Positions 9,353 through 18,617 are shown, counted from the first letter of the stretch. The stretch: 32,000 nucleotides of DNA from Halalkalibacterium halodurans (GCF_004376175.1 NZ_SNUY01000015.1:401-32400), one strand, 5' to 3'. The notes: generated from the letters alone by a model not told the origin. Program-made: numbers and translations.

Positions 9353-9389
9353 TATATGTTAACATATTTTCTAAACTGGTTAACATATA
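9353..9389 (+). promoter_or_regulatory. BirA operator (bioO) upstream of bioD-bioA
   Basis: TATATGTTAAC-N15-GTTAACATATA is a perfect 11-bp inverted repeat. Its TGTTAAC/GTTAACA half-sites match the Firmicute BirA box. It lies immediately upstream of the bioD SD. Confidence 0.8.
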
Positions 9390-9397
9390 ATCGGGAG

Positions 9398-10126
9398 GTG
9401 GTCATTATTCGTTCGTTTTTTATTACAGGAACAGATACTGATGTTGGAAAAACCGTTGTGACCTCTTTACTTACTCGTTTCCTCATCGACATGGGTGTAA
9501 ACGCTTTTCCATACAAACCGGTTCAATCTGGAGCTACTACTAATGGAGCTCGTATGATCCCGCCCGACGCTCAAATGTACCAGCTCGTCCGCCCTGAATT
9601 TGACGTAACCGACTTTAATACATACTTATTAGAAAAGCCGTGCTCTCCCCATTTGGCTGCTGATCTAGCAAACACAACGCTAGATCGGTCCGTCATCATG
9701 AAACAAGTGCATCAATTGGAAGAAACGTATGATGCTGTCCTCATAGAAGGCGCAGGGGGGGTGTATGTTCCGCTTACGAATGATGGGTATTGCTACATAG
9801 ACTTTATGGAAGAGCTTAACGTTCCTACGATTCTCGTTTCCGCTTTACGAGTTGGCACGATCAATCATACGGTCCTTGCCATTGAAGCCATGAAAGGTCG
9901 CAATCTACCAATTGCCGGCATTATCTTTAATCAACTACAAATAGGGGACCCAGTGATTGAGCAGTCCAATGTAGAGACGATTAAACAACTAACGGACACT
10001 CCCATTCTCGGGATTGTTCCATATTCGCCTGACATTCATACGGTGCTTGCCGATGACAAATTACGGAGACACCTATATAAAGATTGGGATAAACGACGAT
10101 TCAAGGAGTTGATTCACAGTGACTAG
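9398..10126 (+). CDS. bioD: Dethiobiotin synthetase
   Basis: (V)[20 protein letters not shown] (P-loop), PYKPVQSG and [12 protein letters not shown] match BioD. The start is uncertain. The only in-frame canonical codon near the SD is GTG 9398, which lies inside GGGAGGTG. ATT 9404 or 9407 is better spaced. Confidence 0.85.
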   Translation: MVIIRSFFITGTDTDVGKTVVTSLLTRFLIDMGVNAFPYKPVQSGATTNGARMIPPDAQMYQLVRPEFDVTDFNTYLLEKPCSPHLAADLANTTLDRSVIMKQVHQLEETYDAVLIEGAGGVYVPLTNDGYCYIDFMEELNVPTILVSALRVGTINHTVLAIEAMKGRNLPIAGIIFNQLQIGDPVIEQSNVETIKQLTDTPILGIVPYSPDIHTVLADDKLRRHLYKDWDKRRFKELIHSD

Positions 10127-11477
10127 CAACGATCTCTTAGCGAAAAGTAAAAAGCACTTATGGCTCCCCTTCACCCAAATGAGTGACTACGAAAAAGACC
10201 CCCTTATTATCGAAAGCGGAAACGGTGTCTATTTAAAGGATATTGAAGGAAACACCTATTTAGACGGATACTCTTCCCTATGGCTTAACGTTCATGGTCA
10301 TCGGAAAAAGGAAATTGATGAAGCGATTGAAAAGCAGCTTCAGTTGATTGCACACTCGACGTTACTCGGAGCAGCTAATATCCCTTCGATACAACTTGCG
10401 GAAAAATTAGTTGAGCTCGCTCCTGAAGCGATCACACGGGTGTTTTACTCCGATAGCGGCGCTGAAGCTGTAGAAATTGCGGTAAAAATGGCTTATCAAT
10501 ACTGGCAAAATCGTGGATACGAAAACAAGAAATCATTTGTTACATTAAGCAACGGCTACCATGGGGATACGGTCGGTACAATGAGTGTCGGGTCCATTGA
10601 ACTCTACCACAAGGTATATACCTCGCTCCTATTTGATGCCATTGTTATCCCATTTCCTTCCTCTCGTCAGGAGGAGCAAACCGAATCAGACCTTTGCCGT
10701 GAAAGCCTTAAGCAACTCCGTGAGCTTTTTGAAGCGAAGCACGAAGAAATTGCCGGCATTACGGTGGAAGCACTTATTCAAGGTGCAGGTGGTATGAATC
10801 TCATGCCCAAAGGCTATTTAAAAGGGGTCGAACAATTGTGCAAGGAGTTTCATATTTTACTCATTGTTGATGAAGTCGCCACTGGCTTTGGTCGCACGGG
10901 GAAAATGTTTGCCGTTGAGCACGAAAACGTCCAGCCTGATATCATGACCGTCGCAAAAGGGATTACGGGTGGCTACCTCCCAATTGCAGCTACCCTTACA
11001 CAAGAACATATTTACGAAGCGTTTTACGGAGAGTATACAGATTTAAAAACATTTTTTCACGGCCATTCCTATACAGGAAACCAGCTTGGTTGTGCCGCCG
11101 CATTAGCTAATCTTGAAATCTTTGAAAAAGAGAACATCATCCAACAAGTGGAAGAAAAAGCCTTGTTTTTAGAAGAGCAGCTTAAACACGTTGCTGAGCT
11201 TGAATTTGTCGGTGCCGTCCGACAATTAGGGCTTATGTGCGGAATTGAACTCGTTCAGCATAAACGAACAAACGAGCCATTCCCCTGGGAACAACGTGTC
11301 GCTTACCGATCCACATTAAAAATGCGAGCCCTCGGGATGCTTACGCGACCTCTTGGAGATGTTATCGTTTTAATGCCTCCTCTTGCAGCAACGAATGACC
11401 AATTAAAGCAAATGGTCGATATTATGAAGGAAGGAATAATGGAAGCGGCGACTGAATGTTTAGAGCAACAAGTTTAG
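10119..11477 (+). CDS. bioA: Adenosylmethionine-8-amino-7-oxononanoate aminotransferase
   Basis: Class-III aminotransferase motifs are present: [33 protein letters not shown] and [15 protein letters not shown] (PLP lysine). GTG 10119 overlaps the bioD stop (GTGACTAG), and the SD AAGGAG lies 10 nt upstream. Confidence 0.9.
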   Translation: MTSNDLLAKSKKHLWLPFTQMSDYEKDPLIIESGNGVYLKDIEGNTYLDGYSSLWLNVHGHRKKEIDEAIEKQLQLIAHSTLLGAANIPSIQLAEKLVELAPEAITRVFYSDSGAEAVEIAVKMAYQYWQNRGYENKKSFVTLSNGYHGDTVGTMSVGSIELYHKVYTSLLFDAIVIPFPSSRQEEQTESDLCRESLKQLRELFEAKHEEIAGITVEALIQGAGGMNLMPKGYLKGVEQLCKEFHILLIVDEVATGFGRTGKMFAVEHENVQPDIMTVAKGITGGYLPIAATLTQEHIYEAFYGEYTDLKTFFHGHSYTGNQLGCAAALANLEIFEKENIIQQVEEKALFLEEQLKHVAELEFVGAVRQLGLMCGIELVQHKRTNEPFPWEQRVAYRSTLKMRALGMLTRPLGDVIVLMPPLAATNDQLKQMVDIMKEGIMEAATECLEQQV

Positions 11478-11530
11478 CTAATTAGAAAAACTTCGATCAC
11501 GAGCGAAATTGATCGTTTTTCACAAAACGC

Positions 11531-11575
11531 AAAAAAGCTAATACCTCTTCAAGCGAGAAGGTATTAGCTTTTTCG
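11531..11575. terminator. Bidirectional terminator between convergent bioA and licT-like genes
   Basis: AAAAAAGCTAATACCT-CTTCAAGCGAG-AGGTATTAGCTTTTT forms an 11-bp stem flanked by an A-tract and a T-tract. Confidence 0.85.
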
Positions 11576-11576
11576 T

Positions 11577-12407
11577 TTATCGATGGATGACTCGATCAAT
11601 ATGGATCGTCAAATAGAGCATTTCTTCGTTTGTCAATTCATAATCGTACTGCTTTTTAATGTATTCTTTAATTTTCTCGGTGCAGGCAAATGAGTCTTTA
11701 TGTTTTTCCTTTACGATATCGAAAAATGTATCATCATCACTGCTTAAAAATGTTCGATTGATTAACCGTTGGCAGAAAAACTTCAAGTGAGTAATAAACC
11801 TGAAGTAGTTTAACGAGTCTTCATCTAAATCTGTGTTAAAATGATATTTAACAATTTTTAGAATGTGCTTCGTTAATTTCGTAATGTTGATCACGTTTGG
11901 CACTTCTTCATTCAACTCGGCATTAACGATATGGAGAGCAATAAACGCAGCTTCATCCTCAGGCAGTGTAATTCCTAGCTTTTTCTCGATAATTTCGATT
12001 GCATGTTGACCGATGGCAAACTCATCTTGGTAAAGCTTACGAATTTCCCAAAGAAGCGCGTTTTTGATTTCATAACCTTTTTTCACCCGTTCAATCGCGA
12101 AGTTTATATGGTCAGTGAGCGCTACATAAATAATGTCATTTAAATCTTTTTTATAGGCCATCTTCGCATGTTGAATGATTTGTTCCGTTACTTCCATCAC
12201 TTCAATCGGTACTTCGCGCAGGAGGGTACGAAACCGCTCGGTCGTCTCTTGACTGTTTAACGTAAAGATCTTTTCGATTTTCGTCTTGTCTACAGGATCA
12301 CCAGATTTCGCTTGAAAACCAATACCTTTCCCCATAATAATCAATTCTTTTTGCTGTTCATTGATTACGCTAATGACGTTATTGTTTATAATTTTTGCGA
12401 TTTTCAC
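11577..12407 (-). CDS. licT: BglG/LicT/SacY-family transcription antiterminator (CAT plus two PRD domains)
   Basis: (V)KIAKIINNNVISVINEQQKELIIMGKGIGFQ...LTDHINFAIERVKKG...FIALHIVNAELNEE...YFRFITHLKFFCQRL is nearly collinear with my memory of B. subtilis LicT. The start is placed at GTG 12407, after AGGTGAGG. Confidence 0.88.
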   Translation of the reverse strand: MKIAKIINNNVISVINEQQKELIIMGKGIGFQAKSGDPVDKTKIEKIFTLNSQETTERFRTLLREVPIEVMEVTEQIIQHAKMAYKKDLNDIIYVALTDHINFAIERVKKGYEIKNALLWEIRKLYQDEFAIGQHAIEIIEKKLGITLPEDEAAFIALHIVNAELNEEVPNVINITKLTKHILKIVKYHFNTDLDEDSLNYFRFITHLKFFCQRLINRTFLSSDDDTFFDIVKEKHKDSFACTEKIKEYIKKQYDYELTNEEMLYLTIHIDRVIHR

Positions 12408-12623
12408 TGACCTCACCTGCTCTCAAGTCATTCTCACCATCTACCTAATCTCCATGTTAAAAGGGTTACAGAAAGCGTTTTGCCTTTAACTTTTCCTCAT
12501 TATACATCATTTCCTTTTTAAGACCTAGTTCTTTAGTGAATCGTAAGACCTATTAATCAAAACGATCATTCATAAGATTTTCCCAATAAAAAACAGCGAT
12601 GATTAACACCGCTGCTTCACTTA

Positions 12624-13580
12624 TTATCCAATTGCATTTATTAACGACTGTGCGGTTGAATCGTCTGTCACTAGTACGTCTAAATACCCACCCTTTAACG
12701 CAGCTTCAACGCTATCGACTTTATGGGCTCCTTCCGAGACACCGATCACGATGGGGATGCGTTTTAGTTCGTCAAGATCGATTCCGATGACGAGCTCGTT
12801 TAGCGGATGATCGATGGGTTGGCCTAGCGCATCGTAAAAGCGAGAGCTCATATCACCAACAGCACCGATTTTCTTTAATGTGGCAATGTCTTCTTCCTTC
12901 AAATAGTTCATAACCTTCATGGTAGAACCTTTAAAAGGGCTACCGATCCCGACGACGGCCATTTTTACATTGCGCCCTTCCTCCAATACGGAGGCAATGT
13001 CTTCTGACTGGATGAGTCGTTCCTTTAGTTCTTTCGCCTCCACCATTGCTGGAGCATAAAGATACGAACACTCACAGTTCATTTTTTTTGCTAATTCGTA
13101 GGCTAACAAGTTCGAATGAAGCTCAACAAATTTCCGTCCCATTCCTCCCACGAGCGGAATTACTTTCAGCTCTCGGTGCTGTTCATACGGGTATTCTTGC
13201 ACAAAGCTCGAAACAGTCGTTCCCCAAGAAATGCCAATGGAATCCATTCCTTTTATATTTTTTGAAACATAATAGGATGTGGCTTTTCCGATCGCCCTTT
13301 TAATCATATCTTGCGTTAATCCAGACGTTGGAACGACGATAGCCTCTTTGAGATGGTATTTCTTTTCAAGCCTTTGTTCTAATTCCACCGTATGAATATT
13401 TTCATCTTTAATATAAATCTCAACAATTCCTTGTTCCTTTGCTTTATTTAATAGCTTCGAAATGACCGGACGTGAAACCCCTATTTTCTTCGCAACTTGT
13501 GCTTGTGTCCATCCTTCAAAATAATACAAGCTCGCCACTTTGACAATGAGTCTGCGCTCTTCCCAGTTTACCATCTTCAT
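12624..13580 (-). CDS. SorC/DeoR(CggR)-family sugar-binding transcriptional regulator
   Basis: The N-terminal HTH (LIVKVASLYYFEGWTQAQVAKKIGVSRPVISKLLNKAKEQGIVEI) is followed by a SorC sugar-binding domain (ISWGTT..., VVGIG...). An extended -10 (TGGTATAAT) lies on the minus strand at 13624->13616. Confidence 0.85.
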   Translation of the reverse strand: MKMVNWEERRLIVKVASLYYFEGWTQAQVAKKIGVSRPVISKLLNKAKEQGIVEIYIKDENIHTVELEQRLEKKYHLKEAIVVPTSGLTQDMIKRAIGKATSYYVSKNIKGMDSIGISWGTTVSSFVQEYPYEQHRELKVIPLVGGMGRKFVELHSNLLAYELAKKMNCECSYLYAPAMVEAKELKERLIQSEDIASVLEEGRNVKMAVVGIGSPFKGSTMKVMNYLKEEDIATLKKIGAVGDMSSRFYDALGQPIDHPLNELVIGIDLDELKRIPIVIGVSEGAHKVDSVEAALKGGYLDVLVTDDSTAQSLINAIG

Positions 13581-13662
13581 CCCTTCCCACTTTCATCTCG
13601 CACCCGTTTTCACTAATTATACCAGTAATCGCAAACGAGTATCTACCCATGCTCGTTTCAAT

Positions 13663-15051
13663 TTATGGTTGGTGGACCCCTTGTCCGAGCCAGCTAGCAG
13701 CAGTTTCATAAAGAGCCTCCGACACTGTCGGGTGTGGATGAATCATCGCTTTTAATTCGTCAACCGTCCCTTCTAAATGGATGAAAGCAGCCGGTTCTCC
13801 TATCATCTCTGTCACATGGGGACCGACCATCGTAACCCCTAAAATTTCCCCATAATTAGGGTCGGCAATCATTTTGACGAATCCAGTCGTTTCCCCTAAA
13901 GCCATCGCTTTACCATTCGCTCGAAGATCGACTTTTACAACTTTATATGAATAGCCCTTCTCTTTCGCCTCTTGCTCTGTCAAGCCGACACTCGCGATCT
14001 CCGGTTGTGTATAAATACAGCGCGGGATGACTTGACGATTAATGATTTCCACCTTCCCGCTAGCGTTAGCGGCTGCAACAAGTCCTTCAGCACTTGCCAC
14101 GTGGGCTAGCTGCCAGCCACCAATCACATCACCGATCGCGTAAATCGATGGATCACTCGTCCTCATCTGATCATCCACTTTAAGAAACGGACCTGCCATG
14201 CCCAATCCTAGCTCCTTAACCGCTGAAAGATTTGGTGTGCGTCCAACCGCCAGCAAAATCCGCTCCCCCTCCAGCCAGTCTCGGTCTCCGGTGCTCGTTT
14301 CAATCTCCACCTTCTGTTTATCACCTTGGAGCACCGCTGTTACTTTCGTGTTTGTCAAAAGATGGACACCTTTTGCTGCCAAAGCTTTTGCCAATACTTT
14401 AGCTGCTTCCTCATCCTCTTGTGGCAATATTCGCTTGCCCATTTCGACGATCGTTACATCAACTTGCAAACTAGAAAAAATGCAGGCAATCTCCACACCG
14501 ATCACACCCCCGCCAATAATGACAATCGATTGGGGAATCGAATCGAGTTCAAAAATCGTATCACTCGTGTCAACAACCGCCTCTGCTAATCCAGGAACAG
14601 GGGGAATGGTTGGCTCAGTTCCAGTCGCCACAATAATATTTTCTGTCCTTACACTGACGATTTCTGCTGTTTCTTTCATTTTGATCTTGACTGAATGATC
14701 TCGCTCTATTTTCCCATAACCAAAGTAAACATCAATCTTACCTTGTTTCAGTAAGAAATGGATCCCCGCTCGAAGCTTTTGTATGATTTCATTTTTTCGC
14801 ACAAGCATTTTCGGCAAAGATAACGTGACAGCCCCTGTTTCAATTCCCCATTCCTTCGCCTGCTTGATTTTCTCTATGATCTCTCCTTGATGAAGTAATG
14901 TTTTAGAAGGGATACAGCCGCGATTTAAGCACGTACCTCCAAGATCTTTTGCTTCCACAAGCGCGACTTTCTTTCCTAATTTCGCCGCTTTTATCGCAGC
15001 CACATAACCTCCAGGTCCTCCTCCGATCACCACAATGTCATAGCTCTTCAC
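13663..15051 (-). CDS. Dihydrolipoyl dehydrogenase (E3 component)
   Basis: YDIVVIGGGPGGYVAAIKAAKLG and GGTCLNRGCIPSK (redox disulfide) are followed by the C-terminal HPHPTVSEAL. The gene starts with GTG. Confidence 0.92.
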   Translation of the reverse strand: MKSYDIVVIGGGPGGYVAAIKAAKLGKKVALVEAKDLGGTCLNRGCIPSKTLLHQGEIIEKIKQAKEWGIETGAVTLSLPKMLVRKNEIIQKLRAGIHFLLKQGKIDVYFGYGKIERDHSVKIKMKETAEIVSVRTENIIVATGTEPTIPPVPGLAEAVVDTSDTIFELDSIPQSIVIIGGGVIGVEIACIFSSLQVDVTIVEMGKRILPQEDEEAAKVLAKALAAKGVHLLTNTKVTAVLQGDKQKVEIETSTGDRDWLEGERILLAVGRTPNLSAVKELGLGMAGPFLKVDDQMRTSDPSIYAIGDVIGGWQLAHVASAEGLVAAANASGKVEIINRQVIPRCIYTQPEIASVGLTEQEAKEKGYSYKVVKVDLRANGKAMALGETTGFVKMIADPNYGEILGVTMVGPHVTEMIGEPAAFIHLEGTVDELKAMIHPHPTVSEALYETAASWLGQGVHQP

Positions 15052-15064
15052 TCTTATCGACCCC

Positions 15065-15645
15065 TTACATCAGTAGTTGAAATGGCTGCTCTAGCATGGA
15101 TTTCACGTCTGTTAAAAAGGCCGCCGCCGGAGCTCCATCAATGACACGATGATCGAATGATAAACTAGCAGTCATCATCGGGCGAAGCTCAATCTGGCCG
15201 TCTATCCCTACCGGCTTTTCTTGAATTCTACCTACACCTAAAATCGCGGATTCCGGTTGATTGATAACTGGTGTAAAGACGTCAATTGCATACATTCCTA
15301 AATTGCTGATCGTAAACGTGCCACCGCTCATCATTTCTTGTGAAAGTCGATTGTCTCTAGCTGCCATAGCTACTGTTTTACACTCGTTTGTTAATTGGGC
15401 CAGTCCTTTTTTGTCTACATGCTTAACGACTGGGACGACCAATCCTCTTTCAACTGCTACGGCTAAACCGATATGCACGTCTTCATGGTAGACGATTTCA
15501 TCCTCAAAGAAAGAGGCATTAATGGCAGGGTGACTCATTAGCGCGTGAGCAACCGCCTTCATCACAATTTCTGTATAGGACAAACGGTAGCCTGTCTGTT
15601 GTTCAATCATCCCTAACAGTTGTGAACGGATTAACGCATGGCAAA
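15065..15645 (-). pseudogene. 5'-truncated dihydrolipoamide acyltransferase (E2); only most of the catalytic domain remains
   Basis: The fragment reads ...LIRSQLL...LSYTEIVMKAVAHAL...GGTFTISNLGMYAIDVFTPVINQPESAILGVG...SLSFDHRVIDGAPAAAFL. The lipoyl domain, E3-binding domain and start of the catalytic domain are absent. The ORF-track Met has no SD. Confidence 0.8.
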
Positions 15646-16107
15646 GAATTCTATGCCGCATTGCAACAAGAAAAACCGGAAGCTACAGACGTGATGTACG
15701 AAGGCTTCATGACGTATTTAGACGTACACACAGCCAATCAGCTCCTATTATTTATCGGGCTTTTTATCGCGTTGTTATTTTTCCTTGCCAATGGAAGTCT
15801 CATCTACTTTAAGCTGTTTACTGAATTAGAGGACGATCGGCAAATGTTTTTGATTTTAAGGAAAGTCGGCATGTCGGATCAAGAGATACGACGGGTTTTG
15901 ACGATACAATTGGCCATTCTCTTTTTTCTTCCTGTTCTTGTTGGGACGATCCATACGTTATTTGCCTTTAATAGCGCCCGTGCCGCTTTGTTTGCATCAA
16001 CCGTTTGGCAAACTGGTTCGTTTGCAATTGTCCTCTATTTCCTGTTCCAACTCATCTATTTTCTTCTCGCTCGGACGGTTTATACGAAAAAAGTACTTCG
16101 CTCGTAA
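15640..16107 (+). pseudogene. C-terminal fragment of a BceB/FtsX-type ABC transporter permease
   Basis: ...LLLFIGLFIALLFFLANGSLIYFKLFTELEDDRQMFLILRKVGMSDQEIRRVLTIQLAILFFLPVLVGTIHTLFAF... matches the last three TM helices of BceB-like permeases, which are about 640 aa when intact. There is no SD, ATPase gene or N-terminal part. Confidence 0.75.
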
Positions 16108-16183
16108 GAAAAGCATCCGAGACTACCGGAAACTAGCCACGAGCGATGGCATTGATGGTGAGTTTCCCTTACTTATTTACAAA

Positions 16184-16224
16184 AAATCCCCCTTTCTCAA
16201 CAATTAATGTGTGGAAGGGGATTT
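16184..16224 (-). terminator. Terminator overlapping the end of the MocA-like gene
   Basis: In minus-strand RNA, AAAUCCCC pairs with GGGGAUUU (the loop contains the stop codon), followed by UUUUUUG. Confidence 0.6.
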
Positions 16225-16833
16225 CCTCTTCATTAAATCATTCACTTTCTTGTAATCTTCGCAAGTATCCACATCCACAAGGACCCCTTGATCATGAACA
16301 GGAATAAGCATCCTCTCCAATTCCTCCATGAGTGTCTTTCCTCCTTTATCTCCGTTCACAGCTGAGCAATCCAGAGCGTGAATATTTCCCCAGTATACCG
16401 GATGCCCCTCTTTCTTCTCATACATGGGGCGAACAATAAAGGGCTCTTCTTGAACACGAGTTATCCCTTCATTCAACACTATGTTAACTGTTTCCTTTTC
16501 GATCAATGGTTGATCGGCAAGAAACATCATCACGGCGTCCCCATACTGTCTTGCTTGCTCCATCGCTAGCTTAAACGATGTGCTCTGTCCTTGCTTATAT
16601 TGGTCATTGACCAGCCATTGGACTCGCTTATCTTCCACTTGAATCATCTTCATTACTATGTCCGCCTGATGACCGACGATGACAAAAATGTGTTGAAATG
16701 GGTGGTTGCTCACTTGATCAATTACGTACTTTAGCATGTATGTCCCTTGTATTTTGGCTAACTGTTTCATTTCGTTCATTCTCGTCGATGTGCCTGCAGC
16801 TAAAATGGCGGCGCTAACCGATGGTTTCATCAT
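16204..16833 (-). CDS. MobA/MocA-like nucleotidyltransferase (molybdenum cofactor cytidylyltransferase, PucB/YgfJ-like)
   Basis: VSAAILAAGTSTRMNEMKQLAKIQGTYMLKYVID is the NTP_transf_3 N-terminal motif. Length is 209 aa. Confidence 0.75.
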   Translation of the reverse strand: MMKPSVSAAILAAGTSTRMNEMKQLAKIQGTYMLKYVIDQVSNHPFQHIFVIVGHQADIVMKMIQVEDKRVQWLVNDQYKQGQSTSFKLAMEQARQYGDAVMMFLADQPLIEKETVNIVLNEGITRVQEEPFIVRPMYEKKEGHPVYWGNIHALDCSAVNGDKGGKTLMEELERMLIPVHDQGVLVDVDTCEDYKKVNDLMKRKSPSTH

Positions 16834-16846
16834 TACCGTTCACTTC

Positions 16847-17100
16847 CTACAGTAAACTATGTTTCTCTTTGGAGAACGTTCTCCTCTTCACGCGAGCTTG
16901 AATGAGTTGGGCCATGATGCTGATACTAATTTCCTCTGCTCCTTCCGCGTGAAATTTGTCGCTAAGGTCTCTGCTCGCGAGTCTGTTTCATCGCAAACCG
17001 TTCGAATCACTTCATCACAAGATTTCCCCTCGTTTTTCCCTTCTATTCGCTACCACACCACACAACTACTGTGATAGATTTTCTTCATTTTGATTTTCAT
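16847..17100 (-). pseudogene. Eroded remnant of an XdhC/CoxI-family accessory gene
   Basis: The minus strand reads MKKIYHSSCVVW*RIEGKNEGKSCDEVIRTV..., then in another frame ...DLSDKFHAEGAEEISISIMAQLIQARVKRR*. The xEEIxISIxAxLI tail is the characteristic XdhC C-terminus. Total length is about 250 nt, against about 0.8-1 kb for an intact gene. Confidence 0.5.
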
Positions 17101-17112
17101 TTAATAAAACTA

Positions 17113-18450
17113 TTACGTTAACGCAGGCATTCGTTTTAGCAACCGTTCGATGGAACGATCCGACTCCCGAAGAACGATGGCTGGATCGATCGTTTTCATC
17201 ACCCGATTTTCCATGACGACGCGGCCATTAATAATCGTCGTCTCCACATCTGCTCGCGTCGCTGAATACACAATTCGTGAAATCGGGTCCACATCAAACG
17301 ACGGGTACGTATGAAAATGACGTAAATTCAAAATCGCAAGGTCTGCCTTTTTTCCTACCTCTAGGCTTCCGATCTCATGATCCATTCCGATGGCTCTTGC
17401 CCCGTTAATTGTCGCCATCTTAAAAACTGTACGAGCATCCATTGCCGTTGGACCGTGCACCGGCTTTTGAATTAATGCAGCGAGTCTCATTTCATTAAAC
17501 ATATCTAAATTGTTGTTGCACGGAGCGCCGTCCGCTCCTAAACTAACGGGGATTGCTTGATCTAACAAACTGGGAATGTCCGCGATTCCGGATGCAAGCT
17601 TTAAATTAGATCCTGGGCAATGGCTCACATGAATACCTCGTTCTTTGATGATCCGTTTTTCGTTTTCACTCAACCAAATGCAGTGTGCTAATATGAGCCG
17701 TTCGTTCGCTAAGCCAACATGATCAAGGTATTCGATGTTTCGCATCCCCGTCTCCTGTTGGACCATTTCAATTTCTCCGCGATTTTCAGAGGCATGGGTG
17801 TGAACATGGACTTGATAATGGGCTGAAAGCTTCCCCACCTCACGCAAAAGCTCCTCGGTACAAGAGACGACAAAGCGAGGTGAAAACGCATAACGTATTC
17901 GACCTCCATCAAAGCTGTGCCACTCTTCAAGCAGTTCGATACTTTTTTCAATCGACTGAGCCGTTTTCTCTTGCAATGGGAGCGGCACTTCCTCCCCTTT
18001 ATCCATCATCACCTTACCTGATATCGCGCGAATGCCGCTTGAAGCAATCGCTGCAAACGCAGAGTCTGTATGATGAACGGTTTCCATATCCACGATGGTC
18101 GTCGTTCCACTTTTGATGAGCTCACCGATACCTAGCAAGGCAGAATAATAGATTGACTCAGAATCATGCGCGGCTTCAAGCGGCCAAATTCGCTTTTTGA
18201 GCCAATCCATTAATTCTAAGTCGTCGCCCTTCCCGCGAAAAAGCGTCTGACATAGATGAATGTGCGTTTGAACAAATCCAGGAATCACCGTCCGTCCAGT
18301 GGCATCAATCACTTTCTCGACTCCCTCTTCGCTTAAGTCTTGACCGATCGCACAAATGAGCCCATCCTTAATCAATAGATCACCGTAAACAATGTCCTCC
18401 TTTGGATTCATGGTTACCATCTCTGCCTGTTTAATTAGGATCGTTGTCAT
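17113..18450 (-). CDS. COG0402 amidohydrolase (SsnA / guanine-deaminase / MtaD-like metal-dependent deaminase)
   Basis: PGFVQTHIHLCQT is the HxH metal site. HVHTHASEN, LAHCIWL and SLGADGAPCNNNLDMF are also present. The SD GAGGAGG lies 7 nt before ATG 18450. Confidence 0.85.
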   Translation of the reverse strand: MTTILIKQAEMVTMNPKEDIVYGDLLIKDGLICAIGQDLSEEGVEKVIDATGRTVIPGFVQTHIHLCQTLFRGKGDDLELMDWLKKRIWPLEAAHDSESIYYSALLGIGELIKSGTTTIVDMETVHHTDSAFAAIASSGIRAISGKVMMDKGEEVPLPLQEKTAQSIEKSIELLEEWHSFDGGRIRYAFSPRFVVSCTEELLREVGKLSAHYQVHVHTHASENRGEIEMVQQETGMRNIEYLDHVGLANERLILAHCIWLSENEKRIIKERGIHVSHCPGSNLKLASGIADIPSLLDQAIPVSLGADGAPCNNNLDMFNEMRLAALIQKPVHGPTAMDARTVFKMATINGARAIGMDHEIGSLEVGKKADLAILNLRHFHTYPSFDVDPISRIVYSATRADVETTIINGRVVMENRVMKTIDPAIVLRESDRSIERLLKRMPALT

Positions 18451-18511
18451 ATAAAAGCCTCCTCAAGCATTCGCTTTCTAAATAGCCAATACATCATGTT
18501 CCTCAACGCGC

Positions 18512-18563
18512 AAAAAACCTAGCCACAAAAGAACACATTAACTGCATTCTTTTCGTAGCTAGG
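18512..18563 (-). terminator. Riboswitch expression-platform terminator that shares its 5' arm with the aptamer
   Basis: CCUAGCUACGAAAAGAA (18563->18547) pairs with UUCUUUUGUGGCUAGG (18533->18518). That is 16 bp with one bulged G and one G.U pair, a 13-nt loop, and then U6 (18517->18512). Confidence 0.85.
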
Positions 18564-18617
18564 TATTTACGGTACCTGTAGAGACCCTCATCCCATATTG
18601 AGAGGATATACGAAGAG
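18549..18617 (-). promoter_or_regulatory. Purine riboswitch aptamer (G-box, RF00167 type), discriminator C
   Basis: The RNA reads CUCUUCGUA UAU CCUCUC AAUAUGG GAUGAGG GUCUCUAC AGGUA CCGUAAA UACCU AGC UACGAAAAG. It aligns almost position for position with the B. subtilis xpt aptamer (UAUAAUCGCGUGGAUAUGGCACGCAAGUUUCUACCGGGCACCGUAAAUGUCCGACUAUG). Confidence 0.9.

Noticed and set aside
12445-12475. AGGCAAAAC...TGTAAC in the licT leader, resembling part of a RAT element
   Set aside because: The two halves are in the wrong order and are not mutually complementary. No RAT hairpin or overlapping terminator can form.
14198-14698. A 166-aa plus-strand ORF (and 14326..14589) inside the E3 gene. Similar long antisense ORFs lie at 19410..19718, 20288..20752, 20765..21328, 23849..24334, 26916..27203 and 29425..30240.
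   Set aside because: All lie opposite well-supported genes and are Ser/Pro/Thr/Ala-rich shadow frames without SD sequences.
16859-17074. 71-aa plus-strand ORF between the MocA-like and amidohydrolase genes
   Set aside because: It is antisense to the XdhC-like remnant, has no SD, and has no recognisable motif.
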